Below, in pieces: positions 55,423-64,000 of a stretch of 64,000 nt of DNA. A model generated the notes under the pieces. It searched no databases, was not told the origin of the DNA, and saw only the letters and a list, made by a program, of their open reading frames with translations. This stretch comes from a virus: IMG/VR virus record IMGVR_UViG_3300028569_000031, positions 1-64,000 of that record; one strand, written 5' to 3'. A program made the translations under genes and the position numbers. Positions within the stretch are counted from its first letter, which is position 1, and each line of letters opens with the position of its first letter.

Positions 55423-55617
55423 TTAAACAGTAGTTGACAGTTTTTCTGTTTCTATCCACTCGTCATAGGCCTCAAGCAATATACCGTAAGACTCCACCGG
55501 TAAAAGCATCACAGCAAAAGTTTCAGTGATAATTTTATAATGTTCTAAATTTATAACAACATCGTCCATGATAGCGTCAAAATCTGACTGAAGCTGCTCA
55601 ACAGTGACAACTTTCAT
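55423..55617 (-). CDS. Phd/YefM-like antitoxin (orphan)
   Basis: MKVVTV.Q....F..IMD.V......II.....AVMLLP.E.Y. Confidence 0.65.
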   Translation of the reverse strand: MKVVTVEQLQSDFDAIMDDVVINLEHYKIITETFAVMLLPVESYGILLEAYDEWIETEKLSTTV

Positions 55618-55653
55618 GGTACAAGTGATTTGCTACTAATAGAGTAGCATAAA

Positions 55654-56346
55654 CTAAGTCACGTCGCCAAAATCAAACGCAAGGTCTACTGTTCCTGTTA
55701 TTGCATCAAAGTTAATATCTTTTTCAGATGTTTCATCGGAATACCTCCAATCATTAATAGATGTTATTAATCCAATTGAGTAAGTTGTTTCAATGTAACG
55801 AATATCATTTGTTATTAAAAATAAATAATCTCTAGGTGCAAGCATAATGTTCGGATAATCTTTTGACTGACTTTCAACTATATCCGTATCTGAATCAGAA
55901 TATGGAACACCGGACATGTCGTAAACGTAACCATTGGAGTTTATTGGGAGCTCTCTTCTGTGCGTACCATCTTCAATTACGTAAAACGAAAGTATTGTAT
56001 TTCTATTCGTTTTGGAGTCGTAAGAAGTTTGGCTAAAGTTCTGTGTAAACTGTATTGCACGCGCTTGAAGTAAACGCATTTTATAAAATGTTGTTTGAAT
56101 TCTTGTTAAGCCGCCATGAGAATTTGAAATTGTTAACGACTTAGAAATCGAACTAAATGAACTTAAATCACCAAGGTTAATTGGGTTGTTAACACTATCG
56201 CCAGGTCTTGGAGGCAGGGGGTCACTACCAAAATAACTTGTTGGACCATAAGCGGTTGGCCCTGTACCGCCGGTTGGGTAAGCCTGAACTGTGCCTAGGT
56301 TTGTAAAGCCCAGGTTAGTCGGTAGTGCTGTCAGGTATAGTGCCAT
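55654..56346 (-). CDS. putative structural protein
   Basis: 230 aa, GDS.NNPINLG, beta-rich. Confidence 0.55.
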   Translation of the reverse strand: MALYLTALPTNLGFTNLGTVQAYPTGGTGPTAYGPTSYFGSDPLPPRPGDSVNNPINLGDLSSFSSISKSLTISNSHGGLTRIQTTFYKMRLLQARAIQFTQNFSQTSYDSKTNRNTILSFYVIEDGTHRRELPINSNGYVYDMSGVPYSDSDTDIVESQSKDYPNIMLAPRDYLFLITNDIRYIETTYSIGLITSINDWRYSDETSEKDINFDAITGTVDLAFDFGDVT

Positions 56347-56659
56347 TGATTAAATTTAAGCCAGTGTATAGTCCGTTGTCCCTACCACTTGCTTGATATT
56401 TTTCTTCTATTATTGTAGCGCGTTCAGGGTAAACCCCTTCCATTTCTGTTGTTTCTATTAATTCATAAGTTAATCTTTTTTGTAATATACGTAAATCGCT
56501 TTCAATCTCATCTTTATCAGCGTTAGGTTCTGTCCAGTAGTTATCAGGTCCTATAGCTATTACTCCAATCCACTTAGAATTTTTTTCGTGGTAGCAGGTA
56601 GGTAAAATTTCACTGTGCTTCTGCGTTACTTTTTCTAACTTGTTCAAAAATGTTTCCAT
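56315..56659 (-). CDS. hypothetical protein
   Basis: C-terminal Y..SGR.NGLYTGL motif. Confidence 0.6.
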   Translation of the reverse strand: METFLNKLEKVTQKHSEILPTCYHEKNSKWIGVIAIGPDNYWTEPNADKDEIESDLRILQKRLTYELIETTEMEGVYPERATIIEEKYQASGRDNGLYTGLNLINGTIPDSTTD

Positions 56660-57746
56660 AGGTAAGGTCGTAGTTAGTAAGCTGTTCTGGCTGGTCTCCT
56701 AACTTTAATCCTTTTATTGTTAGATGGGTTGGGTTACAGCAACCGGGTTCACAATTTTGTGTGTGCATGATTCTGTACTTTCCTGTATACCCCCTTGAGA
56801 CCCAGAACGCAACTCGCGGTGCTGTCTGTGCTTTAGCGGAATGGAAAGGACTTGGCATATACGCAACGGTTTCGTTGTTAGGTTTCCTGCCACCTTTCCA
56901 AACCCAACATTTTTTGGAGTCTAAATCTTTTGGTATATCAACCTTGTCCCAAAAACTACGGACAGTCCAATATTTATCAAAAGCAAAAGATTTAAGATTT
57001 ATTTCACATTTGCCCTTCTCTATTCCTTCCATACAGGTCAAGCACTCACCCATTAATCCAAACCTACCCTTATGACCCCATATGCATTCAATGTTGGAGT
57101 AGTCCATTACATCCTCTTCTGTAATTTCAAGTGATTCAGAGCTGATGCCTAGCTTCTCTGGAACTATAACAAGCTTCTGCGTTGTTGGATCGGACGGTAA
57201 GTAAATACCCTTATTACAGATTCCACGTATAACACTATAAGAAAGATGGAATTCCTCAGAAAGTTTCTGATAGGTGTATCGCTGTGGATCAGTATTCCTT
57301 AAAGTCCTAATTTCTTTAATTGTCTCCCGTGACAACGAAGTTCCGTTGCGTCTTAACCGCTCCAACTGAACATCACTCCTACTTCCCCAGTAGTAATGGT
57401 TTGGGTTGACACAGTAATGGGAAGAACAAGAAACATTCCTTACAACAACCTGTCCTGGCTCCCCGTACCTACCAGCAATAGCGAGAATTAAAGCACGTGC
57501 ATCCCTGCCTCTATATCGAGGCCTACCAGTAGAGACCCCAGTCAACGCTGAGGGATCCTCAAAGGGGTTCTTTCGCTGGAGTGTGAACCCGTGGAAGAAG
57601 GCATGGTTGATCTTATCCAGGGGCCAGCAGCAGTCATCTGGGAGCCGTTCCTTTAACAGCTTTAAACACTTAAGGATCCAAACCAAGTCTTCGGTTCCTA
57701 AACCCCTTTCAATAAAAAATTTCCCTGTCTTTTTAGCGTTAAGCAA
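56610..57746 (-). CDS. tandem His-Me finger (HNH-like) protein with central HTH
   Basis: CW...C....CVNP.H and CW.WKG...H...C...CCNP.HL. Confidence 0.65.
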   Translation of the reverse strand: MLNAKKTGKFFIERGLGTEDLVWILKCLKLLKERLPDDCCWPLDKINHAFFHGFTLQRKNPFEDPSALTGVSTGRPRYRGRDARALILAIAGRYGEPGQVVVRNVSCSSHYCVNPNHYYWGSRSDVQLERLRRNGTSLSRETIKEIRTLRNTDPQRYTYQKLSEEFHLSYSVIRGICNKGIYLPSDPTTQKLVIVPEKLGISSESLEITEEDVMDYSNIECIWGHKGRFGLMGECLTCMEGIEKGKCEINLKSFAFDKYWTVRSFWDKVDIPKDLDSKKCWVWKGGRKPNNETVAYMPSPFHSAKAQTAPRVAFWVSRGYTGKYRIMHTQNCEPGCCNPTHLTIKGLKLGDQPEQLTNYDLTYGNIFEQVRKSNAEAQ

Positions 57747-58059
57747 GTTGATAGGGTTCCGCGCTGACTGACAATAGCCTGTGCTGCAGTAGATGTCAAG
57801 GCCGCCTCCACGGAAGCTAAAAAACTGAGTCCACTCTTAATTACTATAGAAAGAAAAAGGGGTAGTGCCTAACAGACACCATAACAACCCTATCGCTGTG
57901 TGCTACGCACGACCTCTTTTTTTGTCTATAGGAGTTACGAGCGGCGACACCTTATTACGGATCAGCCAACTCACCAGCCAAACTCATTGCACTGCAGTCG
58001 ATTGTCACCCAGTGTCAGAACCCTATCAACTCACCTTAAGAACGTCTGTACTAACAACT

Positions 58060-58305
58060 TTAGGCTCCTGGCCACGGTTCCCCTCTTTCAATAGTGTTGA
58101 AATGTTCCGCATGTGTCATTGCAATATATAAAGAACTGGCAGAACGACAAATATCACCACTAGGTTTACAGGTTAAGTACACATCAGAACCATCTGTGCC
58201 CGTGGCTTGAAATATTTTTATACCGGTATCGTATTTTTTCACAAGAATTTCTAACATACAAAAGTTTCTGGAGAGTATTATTGTAAGAAAGCTAAGTGCA
58301 GTCAT
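58060..58305 (-). CDS. hypothetical protein (start possibly ATG of MLEILV)
   Basis: ORF track. Confidence 0.45.
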   Translation of the reverse strand: MTALSFLTIILSRNFCMLEILVKKYDTGIKIFQATGTDGSDVYLTCKPSGDICRSASSLYIAMTHAEHFNTIERGEPWPGA

Positions 58306-59197
58306 GCCGGTTAATAGTCAGTTCCTTCAAGAGGTTAAAAAATACGCAGCAGATCAAGCTGCACAGATGACTGCAAATAAATATTTTTCAGAACGTTACC
58401 CCAGCAAACCAGTACCCGGATTACCTTCGTGGGCAGCCGGTATAACTACTGGAATTAATGCCGGTAAAAATTTAATGTCTCCCGAGGCCTACAAATATGT
58501 TTCCAATGAACTTGATTCGGTAAGGAAGCAACCCGCCTCGTTTAGCCCCAGCACAGGAGTTTCAGGATTACCTTCGTCATTAAGGGGACAAATATCTCCA
58601 TGGGTGCGTGCCCTTACTGGGTCGCCGTCTGCGTCTCCTAACCCTACGTTAAGTCTTATGGAAGGCGCTCAAAGGATTGCTGCTACTGAAGCTGCTAATA
58701 GAATGGTTACTGATTCCTTTAAAGGTAATTTCAAACAGCCAATACAACGCCCCACTATTGACGGTGCAATTGGATTAGGAGCAGGCACTGTACCTATTGT
58801 TCTAGGGACAAGGGACGGCGTTACCGCAGACCCTACACAAAGCGATCAATACAGGGCTGAGCTTTCACGTTATATGAATACGGTTGCCGGACCTTCTAAA
58901 GAACAATTAGGATTACAGATATGGGCGCAAGCAAATCCAGGTCTTGCAGCTAAGTTAAAACCAGGTCAGTCTGGTTACAATCAATCAGCAGATTACTTTA
59001 ACAATAGGTATCGTGATTACGGAGATATGCCACCTACAGGGGCAGCTGGATCTGCACCTTTAACCCAAATGCCTTTAGAAGGACAGCAGCCGGTACAGAT
59101 GACGCAACCAGAGATGGAAGGCGTTGCTCCTGAAAGCACTAATGACAGAGTTCAAAATTTTCTTAGAATGTTGACAGAGGTTGGTCAAGGTCAATGA
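58304..59197 (+). CDS. disordered putative virion protein
   Basis: GLQIWA..NP.LA; ends DRVQNFL. Confidence 0.65.
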   Translation: MPVNSQFLQEVKKYAADQAAQMTANKYFSERYPSKPVPGLPSWAAGITTGINAGKNLMSPEAYKYVSNELDSVRKQPASFSPSTGVSGLPSSLRGQISPWVRALTGSPSASPNPTLSLMEGAQRIAATEAANRMVTDSFKGNFKQPIQRPTIDGAIGLGAGTVPIVLGTRDGVTADPTQSDQYRAELSRYMNTVAGPSKEQLGLQIWAQANPGLAAKLKPGQSGYNQSADYFNNRYRDYGDMPPTGAAGSAPLTQMPLEGQQPVQMTQPEMEGVAPESTNDRVQNFLRMLTEVGQGQ

Positions 59198-59430
59198 TGA
59201 ACCAGCAGTGCGGCCCATCTGGGTTTGACTATAGTCAGATGGGGGTTGTTGACGGTGTGCAACGACAGGGAATGCTACCTGGTGGTTGGTCTAATCAAGG
59301 TCAGATGGTGAGTAATCAATATCAAGAAGCTAACCGCGAGGCGGCCAAAAAAATTAATCCCCAGAATGCTTCTTCTCAAATGCCGATAGGGGACCGGGTA
59401 ACCCAATTCCTACATACCATGGGGCAATGA
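59194..59430 (+). CDS. disordered putative virion protein
   Basis: ATGA-coupled; ends DRVTQFL. Confidence 0.6.
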   Translation: MMNQQCGPSGFDYSQMGVVDGVQRQGMLPGGWSNQGQMVSNQYQEANREAAKKINPQNASSQMPIGDRVTQFLHTMGQ

Positions 59431-59942
59431 TGGTTGATAACGATTTTCCTACCTCATATGCTAATTATGGGGATGTAGCTCAGGGAACGTCACCGGTTAA
59501 TGAGGATCTATATAACTGGATGCATAAAACATACGGCATAAAACCTGCGGAGTGGTATCGTAACAACCCAGATAAAAAACCAGGAGCAAATCCAATGCTT
59601 CCTAGAGGTGCTTATGTTCCTTTAGCCGAAGGCAGTACTGAGGGGAATGGGGCTGTTGGTTTTCTTCAACAATATGCACGTGGTGTTCAAGATTATAGTC
59701 AAGAGGGTACAGATATTCCTTCATTTAGTTTTGAGAATAAATATGCTCAGGAACAGGGCGGGCCTATAGCCAGGTCATTTAAAATTGGACCGAGAACTAT
59801 AGCGACTCCGATTGATGATGTACCGGTTAGGGGTAATTACTCTTTACCTTCCATAAACAAGCAAATCCAAAATGTAAATGAGTATCGAGGTGAGAGAGGC
59901 ATGGGACCAATAACTGCCGGACAATTCATGGGAGGGGTATGA
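59427..59942 (+). CDS. disordered protein with MCP-like N-terminus
   Basis: MMVDNDFP; FLQQY. Confidence 0.6.
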   Translation: MMVDNDFPTSYANYGDVAQGTSPVNEDLYNWMHKTYGIKPAEWYRNNPDKKPGANPMLPRGAYVPLAEGSTEGNGAVGFLQQYARGVQDYSQEGTDIPSFSFENKYAQEQGGPIARSFKIGPRTIATPIDDVPVRGNYSLPSINKQIQNVNEYRGERGMGPITAGQFMGGV

Positions 59943-60109
59943 ACTTAACACCTGATGAACATCAACTTATTGAAAGCCTAGCTAAAGTACTCAGGAATTT
60001 AGATAGTTATGATGATTGGGAATACGGAACAGAAGTAATACCGAACGATACAACTTGGGGACAATCTAAACATAAAGTTCTTACTGATCCTTGCCTTCAG
60101 GAAGAATAG
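59939..60109 (+). CDS. 56-aa protein
   Basis: GGAGG RBS and ATGA coupling; DDWEYGTE. Confidence 0.55.
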   Translation: MNLTPDEHQLIESLAKVLRNLDSYDDWEYGTEVIPNDTTWGQSKHKVLTDPCLQEE

Positions 60110-62675
60110 TAGGTAGGTCCATATAAGCTTGATCAGAAGCACGAATTGCGATACCTTTAAAGAAAGTACGTCCCGCCTTATTAAATACATTTACGCCATC
60201 TAATCCAAGTTGGTTCCTACAACAATCTTGCAATAAATTAACAAATCTTTTTTGCCCTACGGGTTTGGATCCTGTTGAATCACAGTGTTCGCAATAACTA
60301 GGATACAACTGAGTATGTGTATTGTAATAACGGGTATTACTATCTTTAGCTGCTGGCACTTTTTTACCTACAGCAGAAACACTATTAGCACAAAGTACAA
60401 CTTCTGATTGTAACCATTCAATTAAATTATTACTACTAAGGAGAATATTATTTCTCACACGACGTAGTGCGGGAACCATTTCTGTGGTATCGAGAAGGTA
60501 ACGGCGCATTGATCTTTCATCCATTTCAAGCACCCAGTTAACAAGTCCTGGTAAGTATTCCTTCCAGTTACCGCTAATTCGCCCCTTATCAATCTTAATC
60601 ATATCTTTAGCTTCGCTACTTTTATCATAGAGCTTACGGTTGAACTCAATTGTCAGCCTTCTACGTGCCAACCCACTGGTGTTATCCGTAGTTTGAATAG
60701 GTTCATTAGCTGCAACCATGACCATTCCTGTGTACACAAATGGTTCACCGATTGCTTTTAATTTTTCTTCATAACGTAAAGAATCTCCACCAGTCAACGC
60801 TTTAAATATCTGTGCCGAACCGCCGTAACGTTCCGAATCATTTATTAATGTCAACCGCTTATCTTTAATAGAAGATAATTCAAATCTACTTTGTTCTAAT
60901 TGATTTAATGATGTACTGGCATAGTTACCAGCACCAACCATGGCGCAACATAAGTTAGCATAAGTGGATTTACCACGTCCACCGGGTCCAATAACTTCAA
61001 GAAAACGTTGTAATTCGTTTCCACGTCCGACTAAGCACGCTCTTAACCAGGCTCTAAGCACCTGTAAGCGATCATCGTCACCGTACTGGGTACGTGACAG
61101 CCAATCAACAATAGGACCTGGTAGAACCTGGGGGTTGTAATCAAAATCTAGTCCCCAGGTAATGTAATTGTTGCGGTTATGCTCTAGGAAGTTACCCGAA
61201 TCGAGTTCAAGAACACCGTTACGAAAGGCGAGTAAAGACGCATCATCATTCCAGTCTGAGTGGGCAAGGTGGCCTTCGAGGAGCCCGCAAATATCATTAA
61301 TAAGGTTGTTGCTATAACCACCAGGGAGCGATAAATTACAAAGTGTGAACTGAATTTCGTGTTTAAAGTCTTTACTGTACCCTTGTCGAGACCAGATCCC
61401 ACGTTTTTCGTCATAGCGCATGAAGACATCGAACCTAGGATCATATAGCCAACCGTTCTTTCTGCAAAGCGGCATAACAAAATCCGCAATCTCAGATGGT
61501 GGTGGGTTACGAGCAGATTTTTTACTATCTTTATTTTTAGAACCTGCTGCATTTAAAAAATTATTTACTTCAGAAACATAATCTTCACCTATATCTTCAA
61601 AATATTCTGGATCACCACCAGATTCTAAGTAATCAGCAAATGCTTCGTTATGTTCGGCAGCTACTCTTTTAGCAACTTCCTCAATATTTGGAACAGTAAA
61701 TCCATGCATATCAATGAACCCGTCTTCTTTTGCTTTTGCTCGTAATGTTTTCAAACCCCTTGCCCCTTCAGGGTTTGGTCCACCTGGCAGTCTTTCAAAT
61801 GAATCCCATTTCTCTTCACAACAACCTTCTTGAAAAGATTCAGATTGCATAGACCATTCAATCCAATCACCAAGAAGAGTGTCATCAATTTGATGTAAAG
61901 ACATACCAACTGCTATCCATTCTTCATAATCATCCGCTCTTTCTGGAGCCAAAGCTTGAAGGTATTCAATTACATCATCAAGAATAGATTCTAAATGGTA
62001 TTGACTGTCTTCTTCATAACTTAAAGTAATATTTTGTGTCAATAATGAACCTGGACCTGCTGTTTTTCTTCTATATTTACTTGAAGGATATGCATTACTT
62101 ATTTCTTTATATAACCAGTCTGGCATTTCCGGTAGGTTTTTAACGTGTTCAAAACCGCCGTGTTTACCGGTGCAATAACCGTTTGTATCAGGGTGTGCGC
62201 CCATTAGTGCGCCTTGCCTGCTACGCCAGAGTATTTCCCAGGGGGCTTTATCTAATTTCAGGGTTGCTTTATCTGGCAGTAAATCAATTTTTCCGTTTGG
62301 CACACGGAATAACATTCTGGACTTACCAGGCTTCCCACTGGTTATGGTTAAAGTAGGAGGGAAAATAGCATCAAGCGGCCCTCCACCTAAAGCTTCGATA
62401 ATTGGTATAGCTTCTTCACCGTCAATATCAACCCAGATCAGACCGTATTCGTTACAATGCTGACCGCTTAACAAGCCTACCCCTGTTGCACGACCAGCAT
62501 CTAATTCTTCTTTGATCTGGTTAAGGGTGTATGGATTGGTTGTCCATCCACCTACGTAAGCTCTTTTGCCGTTAAGAGGAGTTAAAGCCCAGTCCTTAGG
62601 GATCAGTTCTAAGTTTATTTCCCCAGGATTTAATTCCCTTTTGGGTGGCCTGGGATCCATGGCAGCGAGGGGCAT
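60081..62675 (-). CDS. primase-polymerase / PriCT-2 / D5-like SF3 helicase (P4-type primase)
   Basis: VDID prim-pol, YEEWIAVGMSLH PriCT-2, F.NG D5_N, GPGGRGKST Walker A, FK.LTGGD. Confidence 0.9.
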   Translation of the reverse strand: MPLAAMDPRPPKRELNPGEINLELIPKDWALTPLNGKRAYVGGWTTNPYTLNQIKEELDAGRATGVGLLSGQHCNEYGLIWVDIDGEEAIPIIEALGGGPLDAIFPPTLTITSGKPGKSRMLFRVPNGKIDLLPDKATLKLDKAPWEILWRSRQGALMGAHPDTNGYCTGKHGGFEHVKNLPEMPDWLYKEISNAYPSSKYRRKTAGPGSLLTQNITLSYEEDSQYHLESILDDVIEYLQALAPERADDYEEWIAVGMSLHQIDDTLLGDWIEWSMQSESFQEGCCEEKWDSFERLPGGPNPEGARGLKTLRAKAKEDGFIDMHGFTVPNIEEVAKRVAAEHNEAFADYLESGGDPEYFEDIGEDYVSEVNNFLNAAGSKNKDSKKSARNPPPSEIADFVMPLCRKNGWLYDPRFDVFMRYDEKRGIWSRQGYSKDFKHEIQFTLCNLSLPGGYSNNLINDICGLLEGHLAHSDWNDDASLLAFRNGVLELDSGNFLEHNRNNYITWGLDFDYNPQVLPGPIVDWLSRTQYGDDDRLQVLRAWLRACLVGRGNELQRFLEVIGPGGRGKSTYANLCCAMVGAGNYASTSLNQLEQSRFELSSIKDKRLTLINDSERYGGSAQIFKALTGGDSLRYEEKLKAIGEPFVYTGMVMVAANEPIQTTDNTSGLARRRLTIEFNRKLYDKSSEAKDMIKIDKGRISGNWKEYLPGLVNWVLEMDERSMRRYLLDTTEMVPALRRVRNNILLSSNNLIEWLQSEVVLCANSVSAVGKKVPAAKDSNTRYYNTHTQLYPSYCEHCDSTGSKPVGQKRFVNLLQDCCRNQLGLDGVNVFNKAGRTFFKGIAIRASDQAYMDLPTILPEGKDQ

Positions 62676-62734
62676 ATCAACCTAGTCTACGGACAGTTCT
62701 TACAAATTTCAAGTTACCGCGCATAAATCTGCCA

Positions 62735-63670
62735 TTAAGTTGTTTCCAACTTGTCCCCGTCCACGACTTCCATATCAATTTCATTTTGAGCCGGTAGAAT
62801 TTCAGAGTAATATTTCGCAACAGCTTCCAGCCACTTGCATTTATATTTCTCAATTGTCCCACTTTGTACGGCAAAGACTTGTGTACGCTCCCTAGTAGCA
62901 ACAAATATCATTAGAACTTCTGGTACCACTCCTATAGTATGTTCCAAACCCAGAGCATAGGCGCCCATCTGCAGCATGCACTTTTGGTACTTCATGAACC
63001 CAGAACGGCGCATGGCATACTCACTTTTCAGTGTTTCTGGACCTGGCCATCTACTATAATAAGGTCCATTTGATGTTTTCAGATCTCCTAAAACAATTTT
63101 TCCTTTGTATTCAGCCACAATATCAGGAGCACCAGCCCATCCCCAGTTCTCTGTTTCATGTACCCCTGGATGCCAGACTCTACTGATACCGTCACCTCCT
63201 ATTGTCCAAGAAAAGTTATCACCGACAGGGTTTTCTGCCCATAGTATTCGACCAAGCTTGTCTAGTTTCTCTGGAAGTCCGTTCCAAAAAGCTTGGATTT
63301 CCTCATTCTCAATGACTGGATTTTTATCAATACCTAATAAATAATTTTCCATGAGTCCGTGGACTCTTGTACCCCTTGCTGCAGCAGCTTCTCGTCCACC
63401 TGGATTTTTTTTTGCCCACCTCTCAAGTGCTACTTTATTACCTCCTGTTGCAGATAAGATTGTAGTCACAGAGGGCAAAGTACCATAGGGAGTCTTATAG
63501 TGACGGCTCCCATTAATGGTTAACCTAGTGTCTCCGTCGCTTTGGTATTGCAAGAATTGCACATATGGCGCAGTTCGAGAGTACACTGGGTGAATTTTGC
63601 GTTCTAAACAGACGCTTTCTAGTACTTGGACCTCAATATCCGTACAAGATCCGTACATAAAATCTCCCAC
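62735..63670 (-). CDS. PD-(D/E)XK exonuclease (Cas4/RecB-like)
   Basis: PSVTTIL, RGT.VH, AG.PD, DLKTS, Q..AY. Confidence 0.85.
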   Translation of the reverse strand: MGDFMYGSCTDIEVQVLESVCLERKIHPVYSRTAPYVQFLQYQSDGDTRLTINGSRHYKTPYGTLPSVTTILSATGGNKVALERWAKKNPGGREAAAARGTRVHGLMENYLLGIDKNPVIENEEIQAFWNGLPEKLDKLGRILWAENPVGDNFSWTIGGDGISRVWHPGVHETENWGWAGAPDIVAEYKGKIVLGDLKTSNGPYYSRWPGPETLKSEYAMRRSGFMKYQKCMLQMGAYALGLEHTIGVVPEVLMIFVATRERTQVFAVQSGTIEKYKCKWLEAVAKYYSEILPAQNEIDMEVVDGDKLETT

Positions 63671-63750
63671 CTGCTCAAAAGGTAACAGATTTTTTTGCTT
63701 TTACAAGTATTTTGGACCTTAGAATAGCTAGAAATGCGTGTTTTAAAAAA

Positions 63751-64000
63751 GTGCATGAGTTAGCAACCTTAGGACGACACTGCATACTTGATGCATATGG
63801 GTGTAATCCACTATATTTAGACGATGAAACTTTTGTAAAAGAAGCTATTAAAAAGGCTGTTATTTGTTCAGGAGCAACCTTGCTTCAGTTGATTGCGCAT
63901 AAGTTTGAACCGCATGGAGTTACAGCACTAGCACTTTTATCTGAGTCACATATAGCACTTCACACGTGGCCCGAATTAAATTATGTAGCAGTCGATGTGT
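63751..64000 (+). CDS. speD: S-adenosylmethionine decarboxylase proenzyme, partial
   Basis: GRH...GATLL...HKFEPHGVT...LSESH...HTWPE...AVDV; not in ORF track, runs off window. Confidence 0.92.
   Translation, partial: MHELATLGRHCILDAYGCNPLYLDDETFVKEAIKKAVICSGATLLQLIAHKFEPHGVTALALLSESHIALHTWPELNYVAVDV

Noticed and set aside
57865-58131. + strand ORFs 57865..58131 and 57900..58094
   Set aside because: No recognisable features; probably the upstream control region of 56610..57746.
62735-63670. Cas4 as part of a CRISPR system
   Set aside because: No Fe-S Cys cluster pattern or other cas genes; ordinary phage exonuclease beside the primase.

Overview
This window is 64 kb of a tailed dsDNA cyanophage genome, probably infecting a picocyanobacterium (Synechococcus/Cyanobium type; inferred from psbA, an NblA-like gene and speD). 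It has five parts. (1) 1-8.6 kb: a leftward early region of about 30 small, mostly unknown genes (SSB, DUF2958), with four families of repeated, covarying structured elements between genes. (2) 8.8-39.5 kb: a rightward morphogenesis region with low-complexity putative internal virion proteins, terminase, a portal overlapping a scaffold-like gene by 536 nt, major capsid protein, two cell-wall hydrolases and tail/fibre genes. (3) 39.5-45.0 kb: an island between a SPRY fibre gene and its likely chaperone. It carries two dense arrays of different 18-40 nt palindromes, psbA with a PhotoRC-II-like leader, and a tyrosine recombinase. (4) 45-60 kb: lysis and auxiliary genes (endolysin, HNH, Dps, prolyl 4-hydroxylase, NblA-like, degenerate lysozyme and methyltransferase, orphan antitoxin). 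(5) 60-64 kb: primase-helicase, exonuclease and a partial speD. The best candidates for new biology are the palindrome arrays, which resemble self-encoded operators of RhuM/KilA-N proteins (possible decoy array); short peptide motifs (R-[LMFY]-A-G and F-[LVI]-x-x-[YF]) shared by many disordered proteins (possible capsid targeting/processing code); and a covarying pseudoknot in the SSB leader. Family assignments come from motif recognition by eye; no database search was run.
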